In this document: positions 42,934-52,423 of the stretch, one piece after another
How positions within the stretch are numbered: position 1 is the stretch's first letter
Layout of the letters: every line of letters begins with the position of its first letter
Assembly: GCF_039982535.1 (NCBI RefSeq)
Contig: NZ_JBDWYG010000039.1
Coordinates: 164,743-228,742, forward strand
DNA: 64,000 nucleotides
Origin: Aliiglaciecola sp.
GTDB lineage: Bacteria > Pseudomonadota > Gammaproteobacteria > Enterobacterales > Alteromonadaceae
Direction: 5' to 3'
Made by a program: the position numbers and the translations under genes
Notes under the pieces: generated by a model
The model's database searches: none
The model's input: the letters and a program-made list of their open reading frames with translations, nothing else
What the model was told of the DNA's origin: nothing

Positions 42934-43034
42934 AGTGAACGTTTCGAGGAATAAGGACCATTAGTTATAAGCAAGGCGAGCTCAATGGTCAAGTCATTTA
43001 CGCTGACAATATCTAATTCAACAAGTAAATGAGG

Positions 43035-43427
43035 CTAGATTGGAGCGCTTGAATTCTGGGTTCCTTCGCCGGGTGTTATAAATAGTAAATTTGTTCGCTT
43101 GTCACAATGAGCGGTATGCCAATGGGCTTTGGGAATTACGGCAAAGTCACCTTGCTGTTTAAGCGCTATATGTTTATCGGCGTTTCCTATGCGAATAATT
43201 AATTCACATTGCCCAGACATTAAAACGACTAATTCATCGCCAGTTGGGTGCATTTCCCAGGTCTGCCAGTTTTCGGTAAAAGTATGGGCAGCAACTAAGG
43301 AGTGATTTTTAAACGACGCATACTGTTGATCTAGTTGTTGATAAAGCTGTTCAGTAACATCTTCTGTGGCCACTGAAAGGTTAGGTTTTATAACAGCAAA
43401 GGTTTCAAATAGTGTTTTTGTTAGCAT
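43035..43427 (-). CDS. Cupin domain protein
   Basis: WEMHPTGDELVVLMSG and IPKAHWHT cupin motifs. Confidence 0.85.
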   Translation of the reverse strand: MLTKTLFETFAVIKPNLSVATEDVTEQLYQQLDQQYASFKNHSLVAAHTFTENWQTWEMHPTGDELVVLMSGQCELIIRIGNADKHIALKQQGDFAVIPKAHWHTAHCDKRTNLLFITPGEGTQNSSAPI

Positions 43428-43450
43428 CTTAATTTCACCTTAGAGTCTGT

Positions 43451-43885
43451 CTATTTTCTTTTATGTCTGGATTTACCCCAAGTAATTCCCATTAGCTCTA
43501 CTAAGAATGCGGCATTCAAGCCAAATACCAGCAATCCATTTACCGCACTTAGTGCGCCCATAATTCGCCACTGATGGCTTAAAATGACATCTCCAAACCC
43601 AAGGGTAGTAAAAGAGGCGATGGCAAAATAAAGGGCTTCTTCAAGCTCGTTGAATTCACCCACAAACAAGAACGCAAACGCCCAAATCCACATATCGATA
43701 GTGATGCCCAACACTAACCATAACACCGACAATATAATGATAATGGGGCTTTTGATATGTTTATAATCTTTCGATTCTAATTGACGTATTAGCTCAAACT
43801 TCGAGGATAAAATACCTAAAAATATCACTTGAACAATAATTGTTAAAATGATGATGACCGAACCTACTACTATTTGATTTAACAT
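43451..43885 (-). CDS. Small potassium channel-family protein (Ion_trans_2)
   Basis: Pore helix and filter LYFAIASFTTLGFGDV flanked by TMs; no RCK domain. Confidence 0.85.
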   Translation of the reverse strand: MLNQIVVGSVIIILTIIVQVIFLGILSSKFELIRQLESKDYKHIKSPIIIILSVLWLVLGITIDMWIWAFAFLFVGEFNELEEALYFAIASFTTLGFGDVILSHQWRIMGALSAVNGLLVFGLNAAFLVELMGITWGKSRHKRK

Positions 43886-43956
43886 AATGGTTTGACTTTA
43901 AGTATTTGTGCGACATTATTAGTTTATGACTAAACTAACTATATGCTTTGTGAAAA

Positions 43957-44568
43957 TTGATGCAAGTTATTGAGTGTGTGCTGTTTGATACGGAGTTTAC
44001 CGCTTGGTTGGGCTCTAAGCAGCGTAATTGGTCTGAAAGCTGGGAACATCGGGAACTCATTCAAATTGCTGCTGTAAAATTGCGGATTAGCAGTGACTCG
44101 GCTTCAACACTGGCTAGCTTCAATGAATTAATACGTCCTACCATTAATCCTCAACTTAGTGATTACATAATCGATTTAACGGGTATTGAACAAACTACGA
44201 TTGAGCAAATGGGTGTCGACTTTGCCTCTGCATTAAAGCAATTTCATCTATTTTGTAATCAAGGTGATATCCCTATATTTTCATGGGGCAATGACTTGTC
44301 TGTATTGCAACAAAACTGTGAGTTATATGCTTTAGAGTTTCCTGATTTTCGATGTGGTTTTCACAACTTGCAGTTGATTATTCGTAATTTAGGTTTGCCG
44401 GGATTTGAGCAATCAAGTGGTGGGTTGGCGAGTTTCCACGGAATAGCATTGCAGGGTCACATTCACAACGCGCTTTATGATGTGCGAAGCTTGGCTGCGA
44501 CCCTTGATATGTGGCTACGTAAGCGTGCGCTTACTATCGATGATCTACTTCTTACAGAACGTAGATAA
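43957..44568 (+). CDS. DEDDh 3'-5' exonuclease (ERI-1/KapD-like)
   Basis: FDTEF, ELIQIAAV, LTGIEQ, WGND, HNALYD. Confidence 0.85.
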   Translation: MMQVIECVLFDTEFTAWLGSKQRNWSESWEHRELIQIAAVKLRISSDSASTLASFNELIRPTINPQLSDYIIDLTGIEQTTIEQMGVDFASALKQFHLFCNQGDIPIFSWGNDLSVLQQNCELYALEFPDFRCGFHNLQLIIRNLGLPGFEQSSGGLASFHGIALQGHIHNALYDVRSLAATLDMWLRKRALTIDDLLLTERR

Positions 44569-44784
44569 ATATAGCTCTTCAACTTTTTTACGAGCCCAAG
44601 GTGTTCTTCTAAGAAACTTTAAACTAGAGCTCATACTCGGGTTTTCAATAAAGCATTTTACTTTAATTCTCCAACCCAAGCCCTCAAAGCCATATTCTTT
44701 TTGTAGCTCTTCAAGCATTTTTTTCAGGGTGATGCCGTGTAACGGATCACCCTGTTTGCCTGGTTTGTTATCGTTAGTATCCAA
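44545..44784 (-). CDS. VF530/DUF2132 family small DNA-binding protein
   Basis: DPLHGITL...PSMSSSLKFLRRTPWARKKVEELY; TTG start just after the purD stop (start inferred). Confidence 0.85.
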   Translation of the reverse strand: MDTNDNKPGKQGDPLHGITLKKMLEELQKEYGFEGLGWRIKVKCFIENPSMSSSLKFLRRTPWARKKVEELYLSTFCKK

Positions 44785-44785
44785 T

Positions 44786-46072
44786 TTAATTTTGTTCTCT
44801 AGCAATGGCGCGATAAGCAATATCATCTCGATAAAACATACCGTCCCAATTAATTTTATTGACTAAATTATAGGCATTTTTTTGTGCTTCTGTGACTGAA
44901 TTTCCTAATGCGGTGGCACACAATACTCGTCCACCATTAGTAGTGACCTTATTGTCCACTAATTTAGTACCAGCATGGAATACCTTGCCTTCTGTTTGCG
45001 AGGCAAGATCAAGCCCTAGAATTTCTTCACCTTTTGCATAACTGCCAGGATAACCACCTGCCGCTAGCACCACGCCTACAGCCGCTCTAGAATCAAATTT
45101 AATATTGGCTTCGTCAAGTTTGCCAGCTGTGGCTTGCAAACAAAGATCAACAATGTCTGATTGTAGGCGCAACATGATAGGTTGAGTTTCAGGGTCACCG
45201 AATCGACAATTGTATTCAATAACTTTGGGGGTACCGTCAGCCATAATCATCAGTCCAGCATATAAAAAGCCAGAATAAGGATTGCCTTCACTTGCCATGC
45301 CTTCCACCGTGGGATAAATCACTTCGTCCATAATTCGCTGATGGATTTCAGGTGTTACCACAGGTGCCGGCGAGTACGCTCCCATGCCGCCAGTGTTCGG
45401 ACCGGTATCACCGTTGCCTACACGCTTGTGGTCTTGGCTGGTGGCAAAAGACAGGACGTTTTTACCATCTACCATTACGATGAAGCTGGCTTCCTCACCG
45501 TCTAAAAATTCTTCAATAACCACACGGCTACCGGCGTCACCGAAAGCATTTCCTGCTAACATATCACGAATAGCATCTTCAGCTTCTTGTTCAGTCATGG
45601 CAACAATAACGCCTTTACCCGCGGCTAAACCGTCGGCTTTAATAACGATTGGTGCACCTTTTTGTTTTAAATATGCCAGAGCAGGTTCAATTTCAGTAAA
45701 GTTTTCATAGTCACCTGTTGGGATTTTATGACGGGCAAGAAAATCTTTAGTAAAGGCTTTTGAGCCTTCCAACTGTGCCGCAGCCTTAGTCGGCCCAAAA
45801 ATGGTTAAGCCTTTGGCTTGAAATGCATCAACTACGCCTATGACCAATGGAGCTTCTGGACCTACTATGGTTAAATCAATGGCATTTTGTTCTGCGAATT
45901 CGAGTAACCCGCCGACGTCGTCTGCTTGGATATCGACATTGACCAATTTATCTTCTATTGCGGTGCCGGCGTTCCCAGGCGCTACATAAACGGTTTCTAC
46001 ATAGTCATTTTGAGCTGATTTGAATGCTAGAGCGTGTTCGCGACCACCGCCGCCGATGATAAGTATTTTCAT
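44786..46072 (-). CDS. purD: Phosphoribosylamine-glycine ligase
   Basis: GGGGREHALA, KADGLAAGKGV, QDHKR, TGGMGAYSP, EYNCRFGDPE. Confidence 0.98.
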   Translation of the reverse strand: MKILIIGGGGREHALAFKSAQNDYVETVYVAPGNAGTAIEDKLVNVDIQADDVGGLLEFAEQNAIDLTIVGPEAPLVIGVVDAFQAKGLTIFGPTKAAAQLEGSKAFTKDFLARHKIPTGDYENFTEIEPALAYLKQKGAPIVIKADGLAAGKGVIVAMTEQEAEDAIRDMLAGNAFGDAGSRVVIEEFLDGEEASFIVMVDGKNVLSFATSQDHKRVGNGDTGPNTGGMGAYSPAPVVTPEIHQRIMDEVIYPTVEGMASEGNPYSGFLYAGLMIMADGTPKVIEYNCRFGDPETQPIMLRLQSDIVDLCLQATAGKLDEANIKFDSRAAVGVVLAAGGYPGSYAKGEEILGLDLASQTEGKVFHAGTKLVDNKVTTNGGRVLCATALGNSVTEAQKNAYNLVNKINWDGMFYRDDIAYRAIAREQN

Positions 46073-46148
46073 GAATCGATTATCTTATTAACTGATTGAG
46101 TAAGGAATGGAGCTTCATAATGGTGGGAATTGTACAGAATAAAAGCGC

Positions 46149-46176
46149 AAAAAGCGTGTTTAACTGCACGCTTTTT
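46149..46176. terminator. Intrinsic terminator after the small PspB/C-like gene
   Basis: AAAAAGCGTG / CACGCTTTTT stem. Confidence 0.8.
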
Positions 46177-46211
46177 ATAGTGAATTTGCTTCTAGGTTAT
46201 TAATTAGCAGA

Positions 46212-46433
46212 TTATAATTTGGAAAATTCCTGCTTAAGCTGATATTTGTCGTCGGTAACAATAGCCTCAAGGGTGTTAAGGCGTTCTTTAATTGCTTTCA
46301 ATTCAGCTTCTAAGGCCGCCACATTGCCCGACCCTGCTTCTAATTTTACCTTTGCATCCATCATTTTTTGTTTATGCGCAAAAACCATCCCCAAAATAAC
46401 AATGGGTAAAACAAATACTAGTAAAATGTCCAT
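46212..46433 (-). CDS. Small membrane-anchored coiled-coil protein, PspB/PspC C-terminus-like
   Basis: N-terminal TM, then LKAIKERLNTLEAIVTDDKYQLKQEFSKL resembling PspB/PspC C-termini; GAGGAAG RBS; own promoter and terminator. Confidence 0.7.
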   Translation of the reverse strand: MDILLVFVLPIVILGMVFAHKQKMMDAKVKLEAGSGNVAALEAELKAIKERLNTLEAIVTDDKYQLKQEFSKL

Positions 46434-46480
46434 ATATCTTCCTCTTTGAGACTGTCGTTGTGTGCTTTGATACTTATAAA

Positions 46481-46496
46481 AGCAAATTGAATACCA
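46481..46496 (-). promoter_or_regulatory. Sigma54 promoter (-24/-12)
   Basis: - strand TGGTATTCAATTTGCT, exact GG-N10-GC spacing, 48 bp upstream of the ATG at 46433. Confidence 0.72.
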
Positions 46497-46513
46497 ATTG
46501 AAAAATACAATAA

Positions 46514-46526
46514 AATCAAATGCTTG
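46514..46526 (+). promoter_or_regulatory. IHF site
   Basis: AATCAA-ATGC-TTG is an exact WATCAANNNNTTR, with a 5' A/T tract, between the sigma54 site and the UAS. Confidence 0.65.
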
Positions 46527-46555
46527 TATATTGATCGTTTTGTTGTTCTGGTTTT

Positions 46556-46583
46556 TAGCACGATTAATTAGTCAAAAATACTA
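46556..46583. promoter_or_regulatory. Candidate PspF-like upstream activating sequence
   Basis: TAG-TCAAAAATA-CTA (TAG-N9-CTA) at 46569-46583 plus a degenerate TAG-N9-TTA at 46556; about 100 bp upstream of the predicted TSS. Confidence 0.45.
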
Positions 46584-46668
46584 CTTAGCTGTGTCATTTG
46601 CAAAGTTCTTCGATCCGTCCTCCGTTTACAGAAGGTTGAACACCTGCAAACGGGATTCAACCGCCAAT

Positions 46669-47127
46669 CTATTTCTTTGTAGCGCGGGCTTCAGCCCGTG
46701 GGGGAAAACCACACCAAACCTGCACGGGGCTAAAGCACCCGCCTACAGGCGATGCACAGGTTAATCTATTTCTCTGTAGCACGGGCTTCAGCCTGTGGGG
46801 TAAAACACAGCTAACCTGCACGGGGCTAAAGCACCCGCCTACAGGTGATGCACAGGTTAATCTTTTTTCTGTAGCACGGGCTTTAGCCCGTGGGAAAAAC
46901 CACACCCAACCTGCACGGGGCTAAAGCACCCGCCTACAGACAATGCACAGGTTAATCTATTTTCTGTAGCATGGCCTTCAGGCCATGAAAAAAACACAGC
47001 CAACCTGCACGGGGCTAAAGCACCCGCCTACAGACGATGAACAAGTTAATCTATTTCTCTGTAGCACGGGCTTCAGCCTGTGGGGTAAAACACAGCCAAC
47101 CTGCACGGGGCTAAAGCACCCGCCTAC
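46669..47127. repeat. REP/BIME-like tandem array, five units of about 95-97 bp
   Basis: Units start at 46678, 46775, 46870, 46965, 47060: GTAG-CACGGGC-TTCA-GCCCGTG-type REP, spacer, inverted CGGGGCTAAAGCACCCGCCTACA. Confidence 0.9.
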
Positions 47128-47159
47128 GGGGGCCTAAGGTAAAGACATATTTTTGAGGC

Positions 47160-47187
47160 AAAAAAAATCCGGCGATAGCCGGATTTT
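47160..47187 (-). terminator. Intrinsic terminator after purH
   Basis: AAAATCCGGC-GATA-GCCGGATTTT with a long T tract on the - strand. Confidence 0.85.
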
Positions 47188-47209
47188 AAGATTATGTTTT
47201 TACAGAAGC

Positions 47210-48793
47210 TTAGTGTTTGAAATGACGCATGCCAGTGAACACCATAGCAATGTCATGTTCATCCGCTGCGGCAATGACTTCGTTATCACGCATTGAACCA
47301 CCTGGCTGAATCACTGCAACTATTCCCGCTGCTGCTGCAGCATCGATACCGTCTCTGAATGGGAAGAATGCATCAGATGCCATTACTGAACCTTTTACTT
47401 CAAGGTTTTCATCTGCGGCTTTTATGCCTGCGATTTTGGCAGAATAGACACGGCTCATTTGCCCTGCGCCCACACCGATTGTCATACTATCTTTGCAGTA
47501 CACAATGGCGTTGGATTTAACGTATTTAGCCACTTTCCAAGTGAACATAAGGTCTTTTAACTGTTCTGCTGTAGGTTGACGTTTGCTGACAACCGTTAGG
47601 TCTTGCTCTTCAACCATCCCGAAATCACGCTCTTGCACTAACAAACCACCGTTGACACGCTTAAAGTCGTATCCATCAGTTAGTTGACCTAACCAGTCAC
47701 CACATTCTAATAAGCGAACGTTTTTCTTAGTGGCTACTATTTCAATGGCTTCTTGACTCACTTTAGGAGCAATAATAACTTCAACGAATTGACGATCCAC
47801 TATCGCTTGAGCGGTTTTAGCATCTAACTCTCGGTTAAACGCAATAATGCCACCGAATGCTGAAGTAGGGTCAGTTTTGTATGCGCGGTCGTATGCCGTA
47901 AATATATCGTCGCCTAAGGCTACGCCACAAGGGTTTGCGTGTTTAACAATAACACAGGCGGGTTCTTCAAATTCTTTTACACACTCTAAAGCGGAATCCG
48001 TATCAGCGATGTTATTAAATGATAACTCTTTTCCCTGAAGTTGCTTAGCGGTGGCAACTGAGGCTTCTTGAATTTGATTCTCAACATAAAATGCAGCTGA
48101 CTGATGGCTGTTTTCGCCATAGCGAAGATCTTGTTTTTTGCTTAACTGCATATTGAACGTGCGCGGGTACTCGCTATCTGCATCACTAGAATCGGAATCA
48201 ATACGAGCACCAAAATAGTTGGCGATCATGCCGTCGTATTCTGCCGTGTGCTCGAAGGCTGCGATAGCTAAATCAAAACGGGTTTTGTAAGTTAATGAGC
48301 CGTTGTTCTCGGCCATTTCAGATAATACACGTTGATAGTCTTTGGCATTCACAACTATGGTCACATCTTTATGGTTTTTTGCCGCAGCACGCACCATAGT
48401 GGGACCGCCAATATCAATGTTTTCGATGGCATCTTCTAAAGAGCAATCTTCATTGGCTACAGTTGCAGCGAAGGGGTATAAATTAACCACAACTAAATCA
48501 ATTGCTTGAATGTCATTTTCTTGCATTACTGCTTCATCGGTGCCGCGGCGAGCTAAAATGCCACCATGAACTTTTGGATGCAATGTTTTTACTCTGCCGG
48601 CCATAATTTCGGGGTGACCCGTATAATCAGATACTTCAGTTACATTAAGGCCTGCGTCAGCAAGTAATTTGGCAGTGCCACCTGTGGAGAGCAGTTCAAC
48701 TCCTTGTTCAACTAAGGAAGTGGCAAATTCAACGATGCCAGATTTATCTGAAACACTTAATAGGGCGCGGCGGATGGGTTTAGCAGATGTCAT
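47210..48793 (-). CDS. purH: Bifunctional AICAR transformylase/IMP cyclohydrolase
   Basis: [54 protein letters not shown]. Confidence 0.98.
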   Translation of the reverse strand: MTSAKPIRRALLSVSDKSGIVEFATSLVEQGVELLSTGGTAKLLADAGLNVTEVSDYTGHPEIMAGRVKTLHPKVHGGILARRGTDEAVMQENDIQAIDLVVVNLYPFAATVANEDCSLEDAIENIDIGGPTMVRAAAKNHKDVTIVVNAKDYQRVLSEMAENNGSLTYKTRFDLAIAAFEHTAEYDGMIANYFGARIDSDSSDADSEYPRTFNMQLSKKQDLRYGENSHQSAAFYVENQIQEASVATAKQLQGKELSFNNIADTDSALECVKEFEEPACVIVKHANPCGVALGDDIFTAYDRAYKTDPTSAFGGIIAFNRELDAKTAQAIVDRQFVEVIIAPKVSQEAIEIVATKKNVRLLECGDWLGQLTDGYDFKRVNGGLLVQERDFGMVEEQDLTVVSKRQPTAEQLKDLMFTWKVAKYVKSNAIVYCKDSMTIGVGAGQMSRVYSAKIAGIKAADENLEVKGSVMASDAFFPFRDGIDAAAAAGIVAVIQPGGSMRDNEVIAAADEHDIAMVFTGMRHFKH

Positions 48794-48852
48794 TCTTATA
48801 CTCTTGATTATGTGAAGATTAAGTTGACCAAATAGTCAGGTATAGCGAAAAC

Positions 48853-48878
48853 AAAAAGAGCACCATGAGGTGCTCTTT
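48853..48878 (-). terminator. Intrinsic terminator after fis
   Basis: AAAGAGCACC-ATGA-GGTGCTCTTT. Confidence 0.8.
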
Positions 48879-48922
48879 AAATTAAATTGTTACTAAAAAC
48901 ATAATGTGGGAAAACCCGATCA

Positions 48923-49216
48923 TTAGTTCATTCCGTATTGCTTTAACTTTTTACGAAGCGTACCACGGTTGATACCCATCATGATAGCTGCGCGAGTTTG
49001 GTTACCGCGAGTGAAAGTCATTATCTCTTCCAATAAAGGCGCTTCCACCTCAGCTAAAACTAATTCATAAACATTTTCAACGTCAGTGTTATCTAACTGT
49101 CTTAAATACTTATTAACAGCTTGTTTAACAGAATCTCTCAAAGGCTTTTGAGCTTGAGTTTGAGATGGAGTTGTCACTGTAGTAGTGAAAGGTGAAGTCA
49201 CATTTTGATCGAACAT
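48923..49216 (-). CDS. fis: Nucleoid protein Fis
   Basis: MFDQNV...[10 protein letters not shown]...[27 protein letters not shown]; start at 49216. Confidence 0.97.
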   Translation of the reverse strand: MFDQNVTSPFTTTVTTPSQTQAQKPLRDSVKQAVNKYLRQLDNTDVENVYELVLAEVEAPLLEEIMTFTRGNQTRAAIMMGINRGTLRKKLKQYGMN

Positions 49217-49247
49217 AAACATCGTGCTCTTTAGTTGATAAAAAAAA

Positions 49248-50240
49248 TTAAGCAGCAGGTGACATTGAATGACACTCTGCCAGTTTTTCAAAATACGTAT
49301 TCAATTGGTCGAGTTGCTCTTGAGCATCTTCGATTAAATTGAATTTAGCTCGAAATACGCGTTCCTTGTCGTGATCTGCTAAATACCACCCCACATGCTT
49401 GCGGGCTATTCTGGCTCCCATAAAATCACCATAAAATTGGTGAACATTACTGACGTGTTCAAGCAAAACACTACGAACTTCGTCAATAGTTGGCGCGGGA
49501 AGCTCTGCGCCGGTGTTCAGGTAATGTAATATTTCACGAAATATCCAAGGGTTGCCTTGGGCTCCGCGACCTATCATCAATGCATCAGCATTCGTCATTT
49601 CCAGCACTTCTTTGGCTTTCAACGCACTGCTGATATCACCATTTGCAACAACAGGAATGGATACAGATTGCTTTATTTTCGCAATCGTTTCGTATTCCGC
49701 ATTGCCTTTGTACATACAGGCTTTAGTTCGTCCATGCACAGCCAGAGATTGGATACCATTGTTTTCGGCAATCTTCGCGATTTCTACACCGTTTCGATTA
49801 TCTTGGTTCCAACCCGTTCTAATTTTTAATGTAACGGGTACATCGACGGCATTCACCACAGATTGAACAATTTCTTCAACCAGTTTGGGGTACTGCAACA
49901 ATGCAGACCCAGCCATCTTTTTATTAACTTTTTTAGCAGGGCACCCCATATTGATATCAATAATCTGAGCACCGTTACTAACATTTAATTGTGCTGCTTG
50001 AGCCATAAGTTGTGGATCTGCACCAGCTATCTGTACGGAACGAATACCAGATTCACCCGTATGATCCATCCGCTGCTTTGATTTGTCTGTGTTCCAAACC
50101 TTCGGATTAGAAGACAGCATTTCTGACACCACAAGCCCAGCACCCAAACGTTTACACATTTGTCTGAAGGGTCTATCTGTAACACCTGCCATAGGTGCTA
50201 ACATGAGATTATTGTCTAATTCGTACTGACCAATCTGCAT
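49248..50240 (-). CDS. dusB: tRNA-dihydrouridine synthase B
   Basis: [41 protein letters not shown]; upstream of fis. Confidence 0.97.
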   Translation of the reverse strand: MQIGQYELDNNLMLAPMAGVTDRPFRQMCKRLGAGLVVSEMLSSNPKVWNTDKSKQRMDHTGESGIRSVQIAGADPQLMAQAAQLNVSNGAQIIDINMGCPAKKVNKKMAGSALLQYPKLVEEIVQSVVNAVDVPVTLKIRTGWNQDNRNGVEIAKIAENNGIQSLAVHGRTKACMYKGNAEYETIAKIKQSVSIPVVANGDISSALKAKEVLEMTNADALMIGRGAQGNPWIFREILHYLNTGAELPAPTIDEVRSVLLEHVSNVHQFYGDFMGARIARKHVGWYLADHDKERVFRAKFNLIEDAQEQLDQLNTYFEKLAECHSMSPAA

Positions 50241-50289
50241 GAGTTAATAGGCCCTTATGTTGAACAATAAATGTTCGGCTAGTCAAAAC

Positions 50290-50325
50290 GGGCGCTATGT
50301 TACGGTTTTTTGACCGTTTTGAAAA
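50290..50325 (-). promoter_or_regulatory. Probable dusB-fis sigma70 promoter with GC-rich discriminator
   Basis: - strand TTTTCA-17 bp-TAACAT-AGCGCCCG, resembling stringently controlled fis promoters. Confidence 0.55.
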
Positions 50326-50654
50326 GGCTAATTTTTAAACAAAAGTGTAATTTATTTGCGTTCCAGATCTTGACAGACGTGGCTTTCCATGGCCCGACCA
50401 GCCTTTAAGTTGTTTTTTAATCTGTTGTTTTGACAAAATATTATTTGTTAAACAAAACCTTATGTTATTTCATTGCATTTGGTGATGTTTTGTTACAAAT
50501 TTTTAGAGTGGACTAATTGGTCTGTTTTTATTTTTTAAAAAAATTTAAAATTGAAGCTTTATGACGTTGCAAGTTGGTTAATTGCCAGTATAAAGCTTCG
50601 AATTAAACTAAAAATGAAGACTAATTATGTAAATTAAAAGTTGGTTTGGGCGTT

Positions 50655-51539
50655 TTAACCCTTTATTTTCTTACCTGAGACTCTCGCCCAATCGCCATCT
50701 ATGGCAATCGGCTCCATTTCAAAGTCTGCGGAATAAAGTTGGTTTATTTCTTCAGCCTGGTTGGCCAATATACCGGATAAAACAAGTAATCCTCCGGGCT
50801 TACAATAATCGGTTATAACTTGGCGCAACTCTCTTAATGGACCAGCTAAAATATTGGCTAGCACGATATCAGCCTGCAGATCTGGCTGATCTTTGGGTAA
50901 AAAGACACTAATTTTATCTGCTACTTCATTCCGTCCAGCGTTGTCCATGCTGGCCAATAGGGCTTGTGGGTCAATATCAATTCCCACCACTGATTCGGCA
51001 CCTAATTTTAATGCTGCTATGCCCAAAATACCTGAACCACAACCAAAATCGACTACGCTTTTATTTTCTAATGTCAGTGCGTCTAACCAGCGTAAACATA
51101 ACGAGGTAGTAGGGTGAGTACCAGTGCCAAAGGCGAGTCCAGGATCCAACATCACGTTAACCGCTGTGGGGTCTGGGATATCTCGCCAACTTGGACAAAT
51201 CCAGAGTCGCTTGCCAAATTGAATCGGGTGGAAGTTATCCATCCATTCCCGCTCCCAATCTTTATCTTCTAGCTGATCTAATTTGTGCGTAAATCCTTTG
51301 CCTAAAATTTTGGACTTTTCAAGTTTGGATACAACGCGCTGCATATCGAATTCGGCATCATATAAACCAACCACTTGGGTATCAGGCCAAAGCATGACCT
51401 CTCCCGGCTTAGGTTCATACATGGGTGTATCTTTAGCATCAGTGAATGTTACAGCTTGCGCGCCATTGGCCGATAACATATCACCTATTTGTTCTGCGTT
51501 TTCTGCATGTGTGTCGATTATTAGTTGAATCCAAGGCAT
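50655..51539 (-). CDS. prmA: Ribosomal protein L11 methyltransferase
   Basis: [54 protein letters not shown]. Confidence 0.97.
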   Translation of the reverse strand: MPWIQLIIDTHAENAEQIGDMLSANGAQAVTFTDAKDTPMYEPKPGEVMLWPDTQVVGLYDAEFDMQRVVSKLEKSKILGKGFTHKLDQLEDKDWEREWMDNFHPIQFGKRLWICPSWRDIPDPTAVNVMLDPGLAFGTGTHPTTSLCLRWLDALTLENKSVVDFGCGSGILGIAALKLGAESVVGIDIDPQALLASMDNAGRNEVADKISVFLPKDQPDLQADIVLANILAGPLRELRQVITDYCKPGGLLVLSGILANQAEEINQLYSADFEMEPIAIDGDWARVSGKKIKG

Positions 51540-51631
51540 CGGGGTTTCCTATAAAGTCAATTTACAATAGTATCAAGTTAACAAAAGATCGGCTTATTAA
51601 TTTTTAACTATTTCGGAATCAAACATTTTTC

Positions 51632-52423
51632 ATGATAAACAATAAATTTTTTATTGCGCTGTTTTGTCTGACAAATTTGATAGTGTCAAGCTTCGCATGG
51701 GCTCAACAAAGCTTATTTGTAGCCATAGGTTGGGATAAGCCGCCTTATGTGATGAGCAACGCTCGAGCTGGTTTTGAAGTTGAGATGTTACGAGACATTA
51801 TGCAAAACATCGGCTACGAGGTGCAATTTATCCAAATACCTTATGGTCGCTCGTATGATATTTTTAATATGAATAATATTGATGCCGTTGCCACTTTGAG
51901 TAGCAAACGTCAGGCTAAGCAGGTACACCTTTCCGATGCTTATATTCAATACCAAAATGTAGTTGTAACCTTAGCCTCTTCCAACATAGTGCTAGATAGC
52001 GTTGAAGATATGTCGAATGTATCAACCGTTGGTTTCCAGTCGGCTTTTAAGCTCTTAGGGAGTGAGTTTACTAAAATGGCGACAGACAACGCCGCCTATA
52101 GAGAAATACCTGACCAAGGACGTCAAGTTAAATTACTATTTAGTAAAAAGACCCAAGCTATCGTATTGGATGTCAATATCTTCAATCACTTAAGTCGCAC
52201 AATAATAAATACAGCTGATGAACAACCCGTTATTATTCATCAGCTTTTTGCACCTAGCCTTTATAGAGTAGGGTTTCGTGACCCAGAAATTCAGGTTAAG
52301 TTTGATCAAGCCCTAAGCGCGTACTTAACATCTGAAAAGTACGCCACCTTGAGCAAAAAGTACCATTTTTATAATGCCCTTATTGCTACAGAAAACAGCT
52401 CAACATTACCTTTTACGGAATAA
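51632..52423 (+). CDS. Orphan periplasmic substrate-binding protein (family 3-like)
   Basis: Signal peptide; KPPYV, GFEVE, PYGR, VGFRD; no permease gene adjacent. Confidence 0.78.
   Translation: MINNKFFIALFCLTNLIVSSFAWAQQSLFVAIGWDKPPYVMSNARAGFEVEMLRDIMQNIGYEVQFIQIPYGRSYDIFNMNNIDAVATLSSKRQAKQVHLSDAYIQYQNVVVTLASSNIVLDSVEDMSNVSTVGFQSAFKLLGSEFTKMATDNAAYREIPDQGRQVKLLFSKKTQAIVLDVNIFNHLSRTIINTADEQPVIIHQLFAPSLYRVGFRDPEIQVKFDQALSAYLTSEKYATLSKKYHFYNALIATENSSTLPFTE

Noticed and set aside
46640-46665. tRNA fragment or ZTP riboswitch near purH (- strand GGTTGAATCCC)
   Set aside because: The T-loop lacks the conserved C, there is no cloverleaf or ZTP consensus, and it lies downstream, not upstream, of purH
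46498-46905. ORFs 46498-46764 (+) and 46669-46905 (-)
   Set aside because: They translate through a promoter and the REP array; repetitive peptide, no RBS
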